Assembly (NCBI GenBank): GCA_013415695.1
Contig: JAAEEP010000004.1
Location: 2,324-66,323 of the forward strand
Direction of reading: 5' to 3'
Length of the DNA stretch: 64,000 nt
DNA from: Methanomassiliicoccales archaeon
GTDB taxonomy: Archaea > Thermoplasmatota > Thermoplasmata > Methanomassiliicoccales > JAAEEP01
Shown here: piece after piece, positions 18,692 through 27,766 of the stretch
Layout: each line of letters opens with the position of its first letter
Position numbering within the stretch: position 1 is the first letter of the stretch
Program-made: the position numbers and the translations under genes
Notes under the pieces: generated by a model
Seen by the model: the letters and a program-made list of their open reading frames with translations, nothing else
What the model was told of the DNA's origin: nothing
Database searches by the model: none

Positions 18692-19626
18692 CGGTACACC
18701 TCCACGAACTTCGCGTTGACCCAGTCCGCTAGAATGTTGACGATGAAAGTGATGACGAACAGAACCACCCCTACAGCGAATAGAGTATTGTAGTGTATGG
18801 CGAATTGCGAGACCTCACCCATCTCGATGGCGATAACGGCTGTCATGGTCTCGACCGAGTGAAGCGGATTCAGGGTGATGACCGCCGTGTTGCCCGTGGC
18901 CATAAGTACAGTCATGGTCTCACCGATTGCCCTGCCTAGCGAGAGTACGATGGCAGCGATTATTCCCGAAAGGGCGGAGGGTATCATGACCCCCTTTAAC
19001 GTCTCCCATCTTGTTGCGCCTAGTGCGTATGATGCCTCCTTAATCTCCCTGGGCACGGAGTTGAGAGCGTCCTCGGAGAGCGAGACCATTATGGGGATCA
19101 TCATCACCGCAAGCATTATCGATCCGTTGAGGGCATTGAGCCTGGTGGTGGAATCGAATAGCAGATCGATCCAGTCTGCCAAGATAACGAGTGCGAAGAA
19201 ACCATAGATCACAGAGGGGATGCCGGCTAGAATCTCAATGATGGGTTTGAGAAAGCCTCTGATCCTGGGATGGGCGATTTCATGGATATACAGGGTACAA
19301 CCCATACCTATGGGTATGGCTATGAAGGAAGCCATCAGACTCACTATGAACGTGCCCCAGATCAGTGGCAGCATCCCATATTGAGGATTGGACGGTGAAG
19401 TGGGATTCCATACGGTCCCGGTGAGCATCTTGAGCGGTCCGATTTCAACGAATGCGGGAAGTGAGCTGTATATCAGAAATATCAGGACCAAAGCGAGTGT
19501 CACTATGGAGACTACTCCCGCACAGAACAGAGCGAATTTGATCCACTGTTCCATATCTCGGAAGGAAAAGACAATGTTGATGAATCTCTCCATGGGCTTG
19601 ATCGGACATGGTGACTCCTTATTCAT
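18688..19626 (-). CDS. pstC: phosphate ABC transporter permease PstC
   Basis: 312 aa and multi-TM. EAA-loop reads EASYALGATRWET. It overlaps pstA by 4 nt. Confidence 0.9.
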   Translation of the reverse strand: MNKESPCPIKPMERFINIVFSFRDMEQWIKFALFCAGVVSIVTLALVLIFLIYSSLPAFVEIGPLKMLTGTVWNPTSPSNPQYGMLPLIWGTFIVSLMASFIAIPIGMGCTLYIHEIAHPRIRGFLKPIIEILAGIPSVIYGFFALVILADWIDLLFDSTTRLNALNGSIMLAVMMIPIMVSLSEDALNSVPREIKEASYALGATRWETLKGVMIPSALSGIIAAIVLSLGRAIGETMTVLMATGNTAVITLNPLHSVETMTAVIAIEMGEVSQFAIHYNTLFAVGVVLFVITFIVNILADWVNAKFVEVYR

Positions 19627-19751
19627 GGAGCATCAATCCCTTGATCGAATGATAGAACAATGATCCATGTGGGTCCTTGTGATGGGCACAAGGATCTGAA
19701 TGGAATGGAGGGAACGGGGGACTTGGCGACCCTATGATTCTATCCTCAGAA

Positions 19752-20666
19752 TCAGCCTTCAAGTTTCGCCAACTCCTCTTCAAGCACTTCTTGTCCAAGC
19801 GGATAGAAACCGAGCTCCTCTACGACAGCCTGACCTTCTGGGGAAAGTATCCATGAGATCCATTGATACACAGAACCAGAGGGTATGCCATCAGTGTAGA
19901 GGAACAGGAACCTTGAAAGGACGTAATCCCCGGAATACACAGCATCAGGATCCAGAGGTGAGTAATACGGTCCTCCTTCCTCAGAGGCAAGGCCGATCAT
20001 CTTGATATCGGATGAGGAACCGACATAGCCGATGCCGACATAGCCGATGCCTCCACTGTCCAGTCTTACAGCGTCGACGATGGCAGCGTTTCCTGATATC
20101 TGCTGCATATCAAGACGGTAGTCCTCATTTTGGAGTATCTCATCCTGGAAGTAACCATATGTTCCAGAGGTGGACTGCCTTCCATAGGCTACAATTCTGA
20201 GATTGGGACCTCCAAGCTGATCCCAGTTGGTGTAGGTACCATTGTATATGCCTTTCAATTCCTCAACCGTCAGACCAGCAAATGGGTTGTTTCCGTTCAC
20301 AATAATAGCGATCCCGTCGATCGCCACACGGAACATCAATGGGTCCACACCTACGGAAAAAGCCTGGTCCAACTCGGACTGTTTGATCTCTCTGGAGGCT
20401 TGAGCCACATCTACCTGGCCCGAGATGAGCGCGGCGATGCCTGTCCCGGTTCCTCCACCGGTTATCTGGATACCGATATCTGGGTTCTCATTCGTGAACC
20501 GTTCAGCGGAGTTCTGCATGAGTTCGAGGAGCGTGTCAGACCCTTTCTGGCTGACACTGTTGGTTCCGGCACCTCCAACGAGAATTATGAAGAAACCGAT
20601 AGCTGAGAAGAGTATGATCAATACAATCATCAGAGTTCGGATTTTGCTCATCGATCCCTTCCCCAT
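19752..20666 (-). CDS. pstS: phosphate-binding protein PstS (membrane-anchored substrate-binding protein)
   Basis: 304 aa with an N-terminal TM anchor and the ITGGGTGTGIAAL phosphate-binding-protein motif. It is the first gene of the pst operon. Confidence 0.9.
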   Translation of the reverse strand: MGKGSMSKIRTLMIVLIILFSAIGFFIILVGGAGTNSVSQKGSDTLLELMQNSAERFTNENPDIGIQITGGGTGTGIAALISGQVDVAQASREIKQSELDQAFSVGVDPLMFRVAIDGIAIIVNGNNPFAGLTVEELKGIYNGTYTNWDQLGGPNLRIVAYGRQSTSGTYGYFQDEILQNEDYRLDMQQISGNAAIVDAVRLDSGGIGYVGIGYVGSSSDIKMIGLASEEGGPYYSPLDPDAVYSGDYVLSRFLFLYTDGIPSGSVYQWISWILSPEGQAVVEELGFYPLGQEVLEEELAKLEG

Positions 20667-20908
20667 GTGTCGTTTCGATGTGGGTATGATTTAGCAACAA
20701 TCCAAGATACTTGGTCGCAAATGTGTCCTTTAAAAACATCTCTTTTACTCAGATGCATGTGTGATGAAGTGATAAACAAAGAAGTTATATTTACATTACC
20801 TAATTTGTATATTCATGAGCATATTCATATCCTTTCGAATATATACTATAAATATATGCATTTGAATACATACTTGATTTCCTGAATATCATAGGGAGGT
20901 CGAGTGAA
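20667..20908. promoter_or_regulatory. A/T-rich divergent promoter/operator region between pstS and the AbrB-PhoU regulator gene
   Basis: ATATTCAT occurs at 20809-20816 and 20821-20828. The inverse half-site TGAATA(T/C) occurs at 20863 and 20883, plus GAATAT at 20837. TATA-like TATAAATATAT lies near 20847. RBS GGGAGGT lies at 20894-20900. Confidence 0.5.
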
Positions 20909-21907
20909 ATGGAGATCCGCAAGATCCAGAAGACCGGTGTATCAACAATGACAGTCTCGCTTCCAAAGAGATGGGTGCAAGAGCAGGGTCTCAAACAGGG
21001 AGATCCTCTCGAGGTAAACGTACTTCGTGACGGATCCTTGTCTTTGAATAGTGTCATTGGTGAAAGGGACGAGCAGGTTCGCAAGATAGTGAATGTCGAC
21101 AAGGATGAAGTGGGGCAGCACCTCATGAGGAAACTCATTGCCGCTTACCTTGCGGGTTACGACATCATCGAGGTTCGATCGACAGCAAGGCTGGATTACG
21201 AACTAAAGAGGGAGATCAAGGAATTCTCAAGACTGGTCATTGGACCAGAGGTAATTGAAGAGACCAGTAACTCCATTGTCCTTCTCGATCTATCCGACCC
21301 GGCAGAGCTTCCTCAACGCAAGTGCGTCAGGAGGATGCACCTGCTAGTCAATTCTATGCACAGGGATGCTATCACGGCATTTGAAGAGAATGATGATAGC
21401 CTTGCAAGGGATGTCATAGACCGAGACCTGGATGTTGATAGGCTTTACCTTATGGTGGTGAAACAGTACAACCTCATCCTCAAGGACCGCAGGATAAGCG
21501 AGAAGATCGGCGTGGATGTCTTCGAGGGGATGAACCTTATGCTGGCTGCAAGGCTCATCGAGAGAATAGGGGACCACGCTGAGAAGATTGCCCGCACTTC
21601 GCTGATGCCCCATGATGAGGGGGACGACAAAATGCGGAAGAACCTGAGAGGACTCAGCGAGAGGGCGGTCAAAATACTGGATAATGCTGTGGAATCTCTT
21701 TTCAAGAGGGATATCGATGAGGCGAACCTGGTCATAGATGAGGGGAGCAAGCTGGTTGAGGACTGCGAGCTGCTGAAGCCTGGGGGGGACATCAAGGGAT
21801 GCACGAGCCTCAATGAGAACACTATATTGGACAGCATTCTCAGAACTGCCATGTACTCAATCGATATCGCGGAGACCGCCATCAACCTCACGATAAACAA
21901 GGACTAG
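20909..21907 (+). CDS. archaeal phosphate-uptake regulator: AbrB/SpoVT DNA-binding domain fused to PhoU domains
   Basis: 332 aa. The N-terminus MEIRKIQKTGVSTMTVSLPKRWVQEQGLKQGD is a SpoVT/AbrB swapped-hairpin motif. The C-terminal half has PhoU-like repeats (ERIGDHAEKIA). Confidence 0.85.
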   Translation: MEIRKIQKTGVSTMTVSLPKRWVQEQGLKQGDPLEVNVLRDGSLSLNSVIGERDEQVRKIVNVDKDEVGQHLMRKLIAAYLAGYDIIEVRSTARLDYELKREIKEFSRLVIGPEVIEETSNSIVLLDLSDPAELPQRKCVRRMHLLVNSMHRDAITAFEENDDSLARDVIDRDLDVDRLYLMVVKQYNLILKDRRISEKIGVDVFEGMNLMLAARLIERIGDHAEKIARTSLMPHDEGDDKMRKNLRGLSERAVKILDNAVESLFKRDIDEANLVIDEGSKLVEDCELLKPGGDIKGCTSLNENTILDSILRTAMYSIDIAETAINLTINKD

Positions 21908-21932
21908 GACCAGATCCTCAACATCAAAACAA

Positions 21933-21946
21933 GATCAGATCTGATC
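21933..21946. repeat. perfect 14-bp palindrome GATCAGATCTGATC between convergent genes, possible bidirectional terminator hairpin
   Basis: Read directly from the sequence. It lies between the stop at 21907 (+) and the stop at 22006 (-). An A-run follows at 21969-21975, which is a T-run on the minus strand. Confidence 0.3.
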
Positions 21947-22005
21947 CGATTGCATTGAAAATCATTGAAAAAAAGGGGAAATATGGAAGTTGTTTGGGTC
22001 CTGTC

Positions 22006-23205
22006 CTAGGCTTTGAAGCTGTTCCACTTCTCTTCGAGTCCAGGATCCTGTATCGTATCCATGATGTAGTTGGCGAATTCTGAACCGGTGGCTCCATTCG
22101 AACGACCAGTGAGGATCATCTTTCTCTCGAGCTGACAACATATATCCAGTGCCATCTCAAGCTTATTCGCCTCCTCCTGGTAGCCAACGTGACTGAGCAG
22201 AAGCGCTCCGCCCTTGATGACCGAGGAGGGGTCAGCGTACTGTGCCCTTCCTTCGTCCACCATCCTGGGTGCGGATCCGTGAATCGCCTCGAACATGGCG
22301 TATTGCTTCCCAATATTGGCCGCTCCCGCAGTCCCAACGCCTCCCTGGATCTGGGCCGCTTCGTCGGTGATGATATCGCCATATAGGTTTGGAAGGACCA
22401 TTACCTGGAACTGACGACGGCGGTTCTCGTCGATGAGCTTGGCGGTCATGATATCGATGAACCAATCATCCCACTCAATGTCCGGATAGTCTTTGGCCAC
22501 CTCTTCGGCCACCTCCAGGAATAAGCCATCGGTAGCCTTTACCACATTTGCCTTGGTCACGACGGTCACCTTGGAGTACCCGTTCTGTTTGGCGTACTCG
22601 AAGGCTAGCCTGATAATCCGCTCGGATCCTTGCCGGGTGGTAACGCAGAAATCGAAGGCGATGTCGCTGGAGAGATCTATCCCCTCGCTCCCAAGCATGT
22701 AGCTGCCCTCGGTGTTCTCCCTGAAGAAGATCCAGTCAAGACCCTGTTCTGGGACCCTTACCGGTCGTACATTCGCGAATAGATCGAGCACTTTCCTCAT
22801 GGCAACATTCGCGCTCTCGATGTTGGGCCAAGGATCGCCCTTCTTGGGTGTAGTGGTCGGTCCCTTCAGGATCACATCACACTTTTTCAGCTCCTCGACC
22901 ACCTCGTCCGGGATGGCCTTCATGACCCGAACACGATCCTCGATTGTCATCCCCTCTATGGTGCGAATCTCTACCTTCCCTTTCTCGATGTCCTCCTTGA
23001 GGAGAAACTCCAGCACCCTCTGGGCATGAGCGCATATGTATGGGCCGATTCCGTCACCGCCCACGATTCCTATCACGATCTTGTCAAGGTTCTTGAAATC
23101 CTTCCAACCCTTGTCGGCCTTCATCTGGTCAACTCTCTCGAGCTGCCTCTCGATGATCCTACCGAAATGTTCCTTTCCTTTCTCAACCAATCTATGATCA
23201 ACCAT
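22006..23205 (-). CDS. beta-decarboxylating dehydrogenase, isocitrate-dehydrogenase-like (ICDH / homoisocitrate DH family)
   Basis: 399 aa. Has GGDGIGPYI and KGPTTTP...IESANVAMRKVLDLFANVRP, which resembles ICDH KGPLTTP...RSLNVALR...RP more than the LeuB pattern GAVGGPKW. Also has LYGDIITDEAA. Confidence 0.8.
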   Translation of the reverse strand: MVDHRLVEKGKEHFGRIIERQLERVDQMKADKGWKDFKNLDKIVIGIVGGDGIGPYICAHAQRVLEFLLKEDIEKGKVEIRTIEGMTIEDRVRVMKAIPDEVVEELKKCDVILKGPTTTPKKGDPWPNIESANVAMRKVLDLFANVRPVRVPEQGLDWIFFRENTEGSYMLGSEGIDLSSDIAFDFCVTTRQGSERIIRLAFEYAKQNGYSKVTVVTKANVVKATDGLFLEVAEEVAKDYPDIEWDDWFIDIMTAKLIDENRRRQFQVMVLPNLYGDIITDEAAQIQGGVGTAGAANIGKQYAMFEAIHGSAPRMVDEGRAQYADPSSVIKGGALLLSHVGYQEEANKLEMALDICCQLERKMILTGRSNGATGSEFANYIMDTIQDPGLEEKWNSFKA

Positions 23206-23218
23206 GATATCTTCCTCC

Positions 23219-23713
23219 TTAAAGTGAGCCTTCCTTCTTCAGGTATTCTGCCAGTCCACCGGCGTTCAGAATGCGGACCATAACCTCTGGAAGCGGGGTG
23301 GAGGGGATCTTCTTGTCCTTTGTCACGTTTTTCACCCAGCCTCCTACAAGATCGATCTTGAGCTCGTCGCCCTCTTCGATATCGGAGGTATCACATTCTA
23401 CGACGGGGAGTCCAACATTAATGGCATTCCTGAAGAAGATTCGGGCGAAGGATTTGGCCAAAACGGCGCCCACCCCGGCGGCCTGAATGACCAGGGGAGC
23501 CTGCTCCCGGCTGGAGCCACCTCCGAAGTTCTCGCCGGCCACGATGAAGTCACCCTTCTCCACCTCATTGTAGAAGTCGGGGCGAATGTCCTCCATTACA
23601 TGATGGGCCAGCTCGTTCATGTCAAGTGTCTTGAACTTGTACTTTCCAGAGATGATGTAGTCGGTGTTGATGTTGTCACCGAACCTGTGTACCTTTCCAT
23701 AAAGGTTCTTCAC
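23219..23713 (-). CDS. aconitase-family dehydratase small subunit (LeuD/HacB-like)
   Basis: 164 aa with GENFGGGSSREQAP. The substrate loop reads NTDYIISGKYKFKT. Confidence 0.85.
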   Translation of the reverse strand: MKNLYGKVHRFGDNINTDYIISGKYKFKTLDMNELAHHVMEDIRPDFYNEVEKGDFIVAGENFGGGSSREQAPLVIQAAGVGAVLAKSFARIFFRNAINVGLPVVECDTSDIEEGDELKIDLVGGWVKNVTKDKKIPSTPLPEVMVRILNAGGLAEYLKKEGSL

Positions 23714-24975
23714 GCCACCACCTCCCGTGGATCGGCCAGCTTTCCCTTGATCGCGGAGTATGCGGCCGTCGCGGGACTTGCCAGGTATATCTCTGAGGTC
23801 TTATTCCCCATCCTGCCCTTGAAGTTCCTGTTGGCAGTGGAGATTACCACCTCATCATCGGAAGGAATGCCGTTGCAGGTTCCGACACAGGGACCGCATG
23901 AAGCGGATGTGATGCACGCGCCCGCCTTTACGAGGATATCCATCACGCCAGTCTCCATGGCGTTCAGCATTACCTCCCTGGATGAGGGCGATACCACGAA
24001 CCTCACGCCTTTGGCAATCTTCTCGCCCTTCAGTATGTTTGCCGCTACCGTAAGATCCTCAAGGCGACCGTTGGTGCATGTCCCTATGAACACCTGGTTG
24101 ATGTCCATGCCCACCAATTCATCGATCTCCGCCACGTTATCGACATCGTGGGGCTTCGCGATCATCGGTGGCAGATCGGAAAGGTCCTTCTCGATTATCC
24201 TTTCGTAAGTGGCGTCCTCCGTGGGATCCACCCCTTTATAAGGTCTCTTGGCCCTGGGGCGAACGTAGGCCTCGACCTTCTCATCGTATCGCATTATGCC
24301 TACCTTCGCTCCCGTTTCGACTGCCATATTGGATATCGTCATCCTTCCCTCCACGGAGAGTGAGTCAATCGCCTCGCCGTGGATCTCCAAGGCCTTGTAA
24401 GTGGCCCCTCTGTGGGTGATCATGCCCACCATATGAAGGGCCACGTCCTTCGAGAAGACGCCCTTGGGAAGCGATCCGTTGTAAACTAGCTTAATCGTCT
24501 GAGGGACCTTGAACCATGTCTGCCCGGTTATCAACGCGGCAGCCAGATCTGTAGATCCCACTCCAGTCGAGAAGCAGTTGATCGCACCATAGGTGCAGGT
24601 GTGACTATCCGCTCCGATCACCACATCCCCGGGTAGGGCATGACCCTGCTCCGGAACCAGCTGATGACACACTCCATCACCAATATCGTACAGCGTTCCC
24701 CCGTAACTTCCAACGAAGTCACGCATCTTGGCGTGGAGGTTCGATACGCCCTCCAGTGGCGAGGGGACATTGTGGTCTATAACCGCACAGTAGCGGTCTG
24801 GATCGTTGAATCCCTTCCCCTCCATCTTGTCGAAAGCGACAATAGTAAGAGGGGTAGTTCCATCCTGACTCATCATGAAGTCCACCGGAGATATCACTAT
24901 CTGGCCAGCAGAGACTTCTTCCTTAACGTGATTGGAGAGAATCTCCTCCGAAATTGTACCCATATGATCAACCAC
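23710..24975 (-). CDS. aconitase-family dehydratase large subunit (LeuC/HacA-like)
   Basis: 421 aa. Fe-S and substrate motifs are GADSHTCTYGA, GTCTNGR and ASCGPCVG. It overlaps the small subunit gene by 4 nt. Confidence 0.9.
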   Translation of the reverse strand: MVDHMGTISEEILSNHVKEEVSAGQIVISPVDFMMSQDGTTPLTIVAFDKMEGKGFNDPDRYCAVIDHNVPSPLEGVSNLHAKMRDFVGSYGGTLYDIGDGVCHQLVPEQGHALPGDVVIGADSHTCTYGAINCFSTGVGSTDLAAALITGQTWFKVPQTIKLVYNGSLPKGVFSKDVALHMVGMITHRGATYKALEIHGEAIDSLSVEGRMTISNMAVETGAKVGIMRYDEKVEAYVRPRAKRPYKGVDPTEDATYERIIEKDLSDLPPMIAKPHDVDNVAEIDELVGMDINQVFIGTCTNGRLEDLTVAANILKGEKIAKGVRFVVSPSSREVMLNAMETGVMDILVKAGACITSASCGPCVGTCNGIPSDDEVVISTANRNFKGRMGNKTSEIYLASPATAAYSAIKGKLADPREVVA

Positions 24976-26179
24976 CTACATTCTCCTCAAGGGCCTCGAA
25001 CATTCCCTCCTTCCAGTCCTGATAAATGTAAAAGAGCTCATTCTCGGAAAGCGCCCTCTTCAGGGAGACGGAGGTCTTTCTAACGATCTCAAGTATGGCG
25101 GTCGAGGCTTCATCGTTAATATCTATTCCCCTATCGGCTAGCACCTGCTTGATGGTGGATCTGCCGGAATGCTTGCCTATGATTATCTTGCGATCCATAC
25201 CCACCTCTTCTGGTGAGTAAGGCTCGTAGTTACTGAGGAACTTGAGCACGCCGTCCGTGTGTATACCCGCCTCATGAGCGAAGCAGTTGCTGCCCACAAT
25301 TGGCTTCCATCCAGGGATTTCCCGATTGGATGCTCGAGCCACATACTCGGCGATCTCACGGAAGCGCTTGGTATCGATACCAGTATCCACGTTCAGGAGG
25401 TGCTTGGCCGCCATTACCACCTCCTCAAGCGGAGAATTTCCAGTGCGCTCTCCAATGCCCAGCACAGTGGTGCTGATGAATGTTGCACCACCCCTCACGC
25501 CGGCGATGGCGTTCGCAGTCGCCATCCCAAAATCATTGTGTGTGTGCATCTCAACAGGAATCTTGACGTAATCCACCAGTACCTTGATGGTCTCGAAGGT
25601 ACGCCTGGGTTCCAGTATCCCCAGGGTATCGCAGTACCTGAGTCTGTCGGCACCAGCTCCCTTTGCGGTCTGGGCGAACTTGATCAGGAACTCCTTGTCC
25701 GCGCGACTGGAGTCCTCGGCGTTTGCCGAGACATACAGCCCATGATCCTTGGCGTACTCGATACCTTCAACCAGGCGCTCAAGTACCCACTCACGACTCT
25801 TACGCAGCTTGTGCTCGATGTGTATGTCCGATGATGACATGGATATCGCTACCGCATCAACATCGCAGTCGATGCTGTGAGAGATATCCTCGATCGAAGC
25901 GCGATTCCAGCCAAGTATGGAGGAGTCCAGACCAAGGCTGGCGATGCGCTTGATGGACTTCTTCTCATCACCTCCCATGGCCGGAATGCCCACCTCAAGT
26001 TGCTGGACGCCGAGCTCATCGAGGAGCTTGGCAATACGGATCTTCTCGAGGTTGGCAAAGACTATTCCCGCTGCCTGCTCACCATCACGGAGCGTTGTAT
26101 CGCATATGTTCAGCGGGAACTTGCTGAGCTTTTCATGAACACTCTCTTCACTCTGCATTTTCAATCCCTTTCCTCTCAC
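24968..26179 (-). CDS. short (no regulatory domain) 2-oxoacid:acetyl-CoA Claisen synthase, NifV/AksA/Re-citrate-synthase-like
   Basis: 403 aa with ICDTTLRDGEQAAG and HTHNDFGMATANA. There is no LeuA-type C-terminal regulatory domain. The start may be Met at 26158. Confidence 0.8.
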   Translation of the reverse strand: MRGKGLKMQSEESVHEKLSKFPLNICDTTLRDGEQAAGIVFANLEKIRIAKLLDELGVQQLEVGIPAMGGDEKKSIKRIASLGLDSSILGWNRASIEDISHSIDCDVDAVAISMSSSDIHIEHKLRKSREWVLERLVEGIEYAKDHGLYVSANAEDSSRADKEFLIKFAQTAKGAGADRLRYCDTLGILEPRRTFETIKVLVDYVKIPVEMHTHNDFGMATANAIAGVRGGATFISTTVLGIGERTGNSPLEEVVMAAKHLLNVDTGIDTKRFREIAEYVARASNREIPGWKPIVGSNCFAHEAGIHTDGVLKFLSNYEPYSPEEVGMDRKIIIGKHSGRSTIKQVLADRGIDINDEASTAILEIVRKTSVSLKRALSENELFYIYQDWKEGMFEALEENVGG

Positions 26180-26542
26180 CTGACCTTCTACTATTATTGC
26201 GTGATTCTGATGATCGCGTTCAGAAGACCCTTGGTGGGGTCGATTCTCCCCCCTAAAGAGTCAATATATCTGGACTTTGCGATTTAAACTAGACATATGG
26301 CGAGGCTCGTCGCCTCCCTTGAGACAGATAGAACTCAGGGAAGGTCTACACTATCAATATAAGATGAAATGAAACCTCGTAATAGAATAATTCAATTCGT
26401 ACAAAAGCATTTCGGAATATCGATTCTGAGTACCATCTTGCATGATCGGCCAGGTAGTGCCAGGATTTCGTCAATTAAGGCATGACACCCAGATTGTCCT
26501 TGTCGAATTCACTGAATAAAAGGCCATCAGGGATGGAAGGAG

Positions 26543-27580
26543 CTATTCCACCTTGAACCGAAGAAGGGCAGCATAGCCGCCTATGGACTCCAGTTCTCTG
26601 CCTGCATCGTGATGCTCGCTGACCACGACAACCCTTCCCCCTGAAGCCTCGGCCGACCGCATCAACTCATCGAGGTCCCTGTGCCTGACTAAGCTGTCCA
26701 TTATGAGCAGTGTGTCCACAGCCCCCATTTTCACCGCCTTCTCTACCTCTTTGGTGCCGTAGGCCACCAAACCATCCTTAGATATCTCGGAAAGGACCTG
26801 CTCTACAAGCTGAACCTCCATTGCAACACGGGAATCTTCGAGGATGTCACCGCCGATCCCCTTCTTCATCAGCTCGTTGATTCCGGCCATGCCCGCCTGG
26901 CCGGTGTGGAAGACCCTTGCTCTTCCGAAGATCTCTGGAGAGCGCTCTTTACCGCGTGCGATTAGGGTCTCCTTAGCGAAACCTGGCCCCAGTATGATGA
27001 CCGGCACACCCTCCCCAGAGATTTGGACCACCTTGCCCACGATCTCGTCGTAATAGTCGCCCTCCCCCTTGCTCTCGTACATCTTGCCAGAGGAGGGTGC
27101 GAAGATATGTGCCAATTCCTGAATCCCGAACTGCCTGAGAACAGCGATGGCCGCCTCGTCATACTCCAGAGAGACGAACACGATCTTGGGACGCTTGGCA
27201 TCCTCCACCGCCCTCTTTACGCGCTTTAACTGGGCCTCGGTCCATCTCTCCTTGATGATGGAGATGACCTCACCTTCCTGCATGTTAAAGGTATGATATG
27301 AGCCCAGGTCCTGGGGGCCTTCCTCTATAACTCCGAGGATTCTAAGACGATCTTCGAACTCGTGGAACTCCACCTTCTCGACCCTCAGTCCCAGACGCAT
27401 CCGTCTCTTCTCTCCTCTCTCTGAGCGGATCTTGTCGGCCTTTCCTTCCTCTCGGCGGTAAGTGACCGCGAAGACCATATCACCCACACTGATGATATTG
27501 AACAGGTGCCAGAGATCATCGAGAGAGTCTACCTGCACCTTTATCTCCCCCGTCTTCCGGTCCTGGTGGAGAACCCTCAT
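26543..27580 (-). CDS. pelA: mRNA surveillance / ribosome rescue factor Pelota
   Basis: 345 aa. The N-terminus is MRVLHQDRKTGEIKVQVDSLDDLWHLFNII. The eRF1-like domain architecture and length are typical of archaeal Pelota. Confidence 0.9.
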   Translation of the reverse strand: MRVLHQDRKTGEIKVQVDSLDDLWHLFNIISVGDMVFAVTYRREEGKADKIRSERGEKRRMRLGLRVEKVEFHEFEDRLRILGVIEEGPQDLGSYHTFNMQEGEVISIIKERWTEAQLKRVKRAVEDAKRPKIVFVSLEYDEAAIAVLRQFGIQELAHIFAPSSGKMYESKGEGDYYDEIVGKVVQISGEGVPVIILGPGFAKETLIARGKERSPEIFGRARVFHTGQAGMAGINELMKKGIGGDILEDSRVAMEVQLVEQVLSEISKDGLVAYGTKEVEKAVKMGAVDTLLIMDSLVRHRDLDELMRSAEASGGRVVVVSEHHDAGRELESIGGYAALLRFKVE

Positions 27581-27766
27581 TGTCTGACAGCAACATCTTG
27601 CCCAACATAAATGCTTTTACCTTTGGCTAGCTGGTCGCCAACTGTGAAGAGCCATTCAATCTAGATACGCACAACGCTCATTGTCCCTTCTCGGACAATT
27701 GAGGAACATGTTGTTCTCCATCGTCAAAAAAAGTTAAGTACCTCTTACCTTTACCTCAACTTTCTG

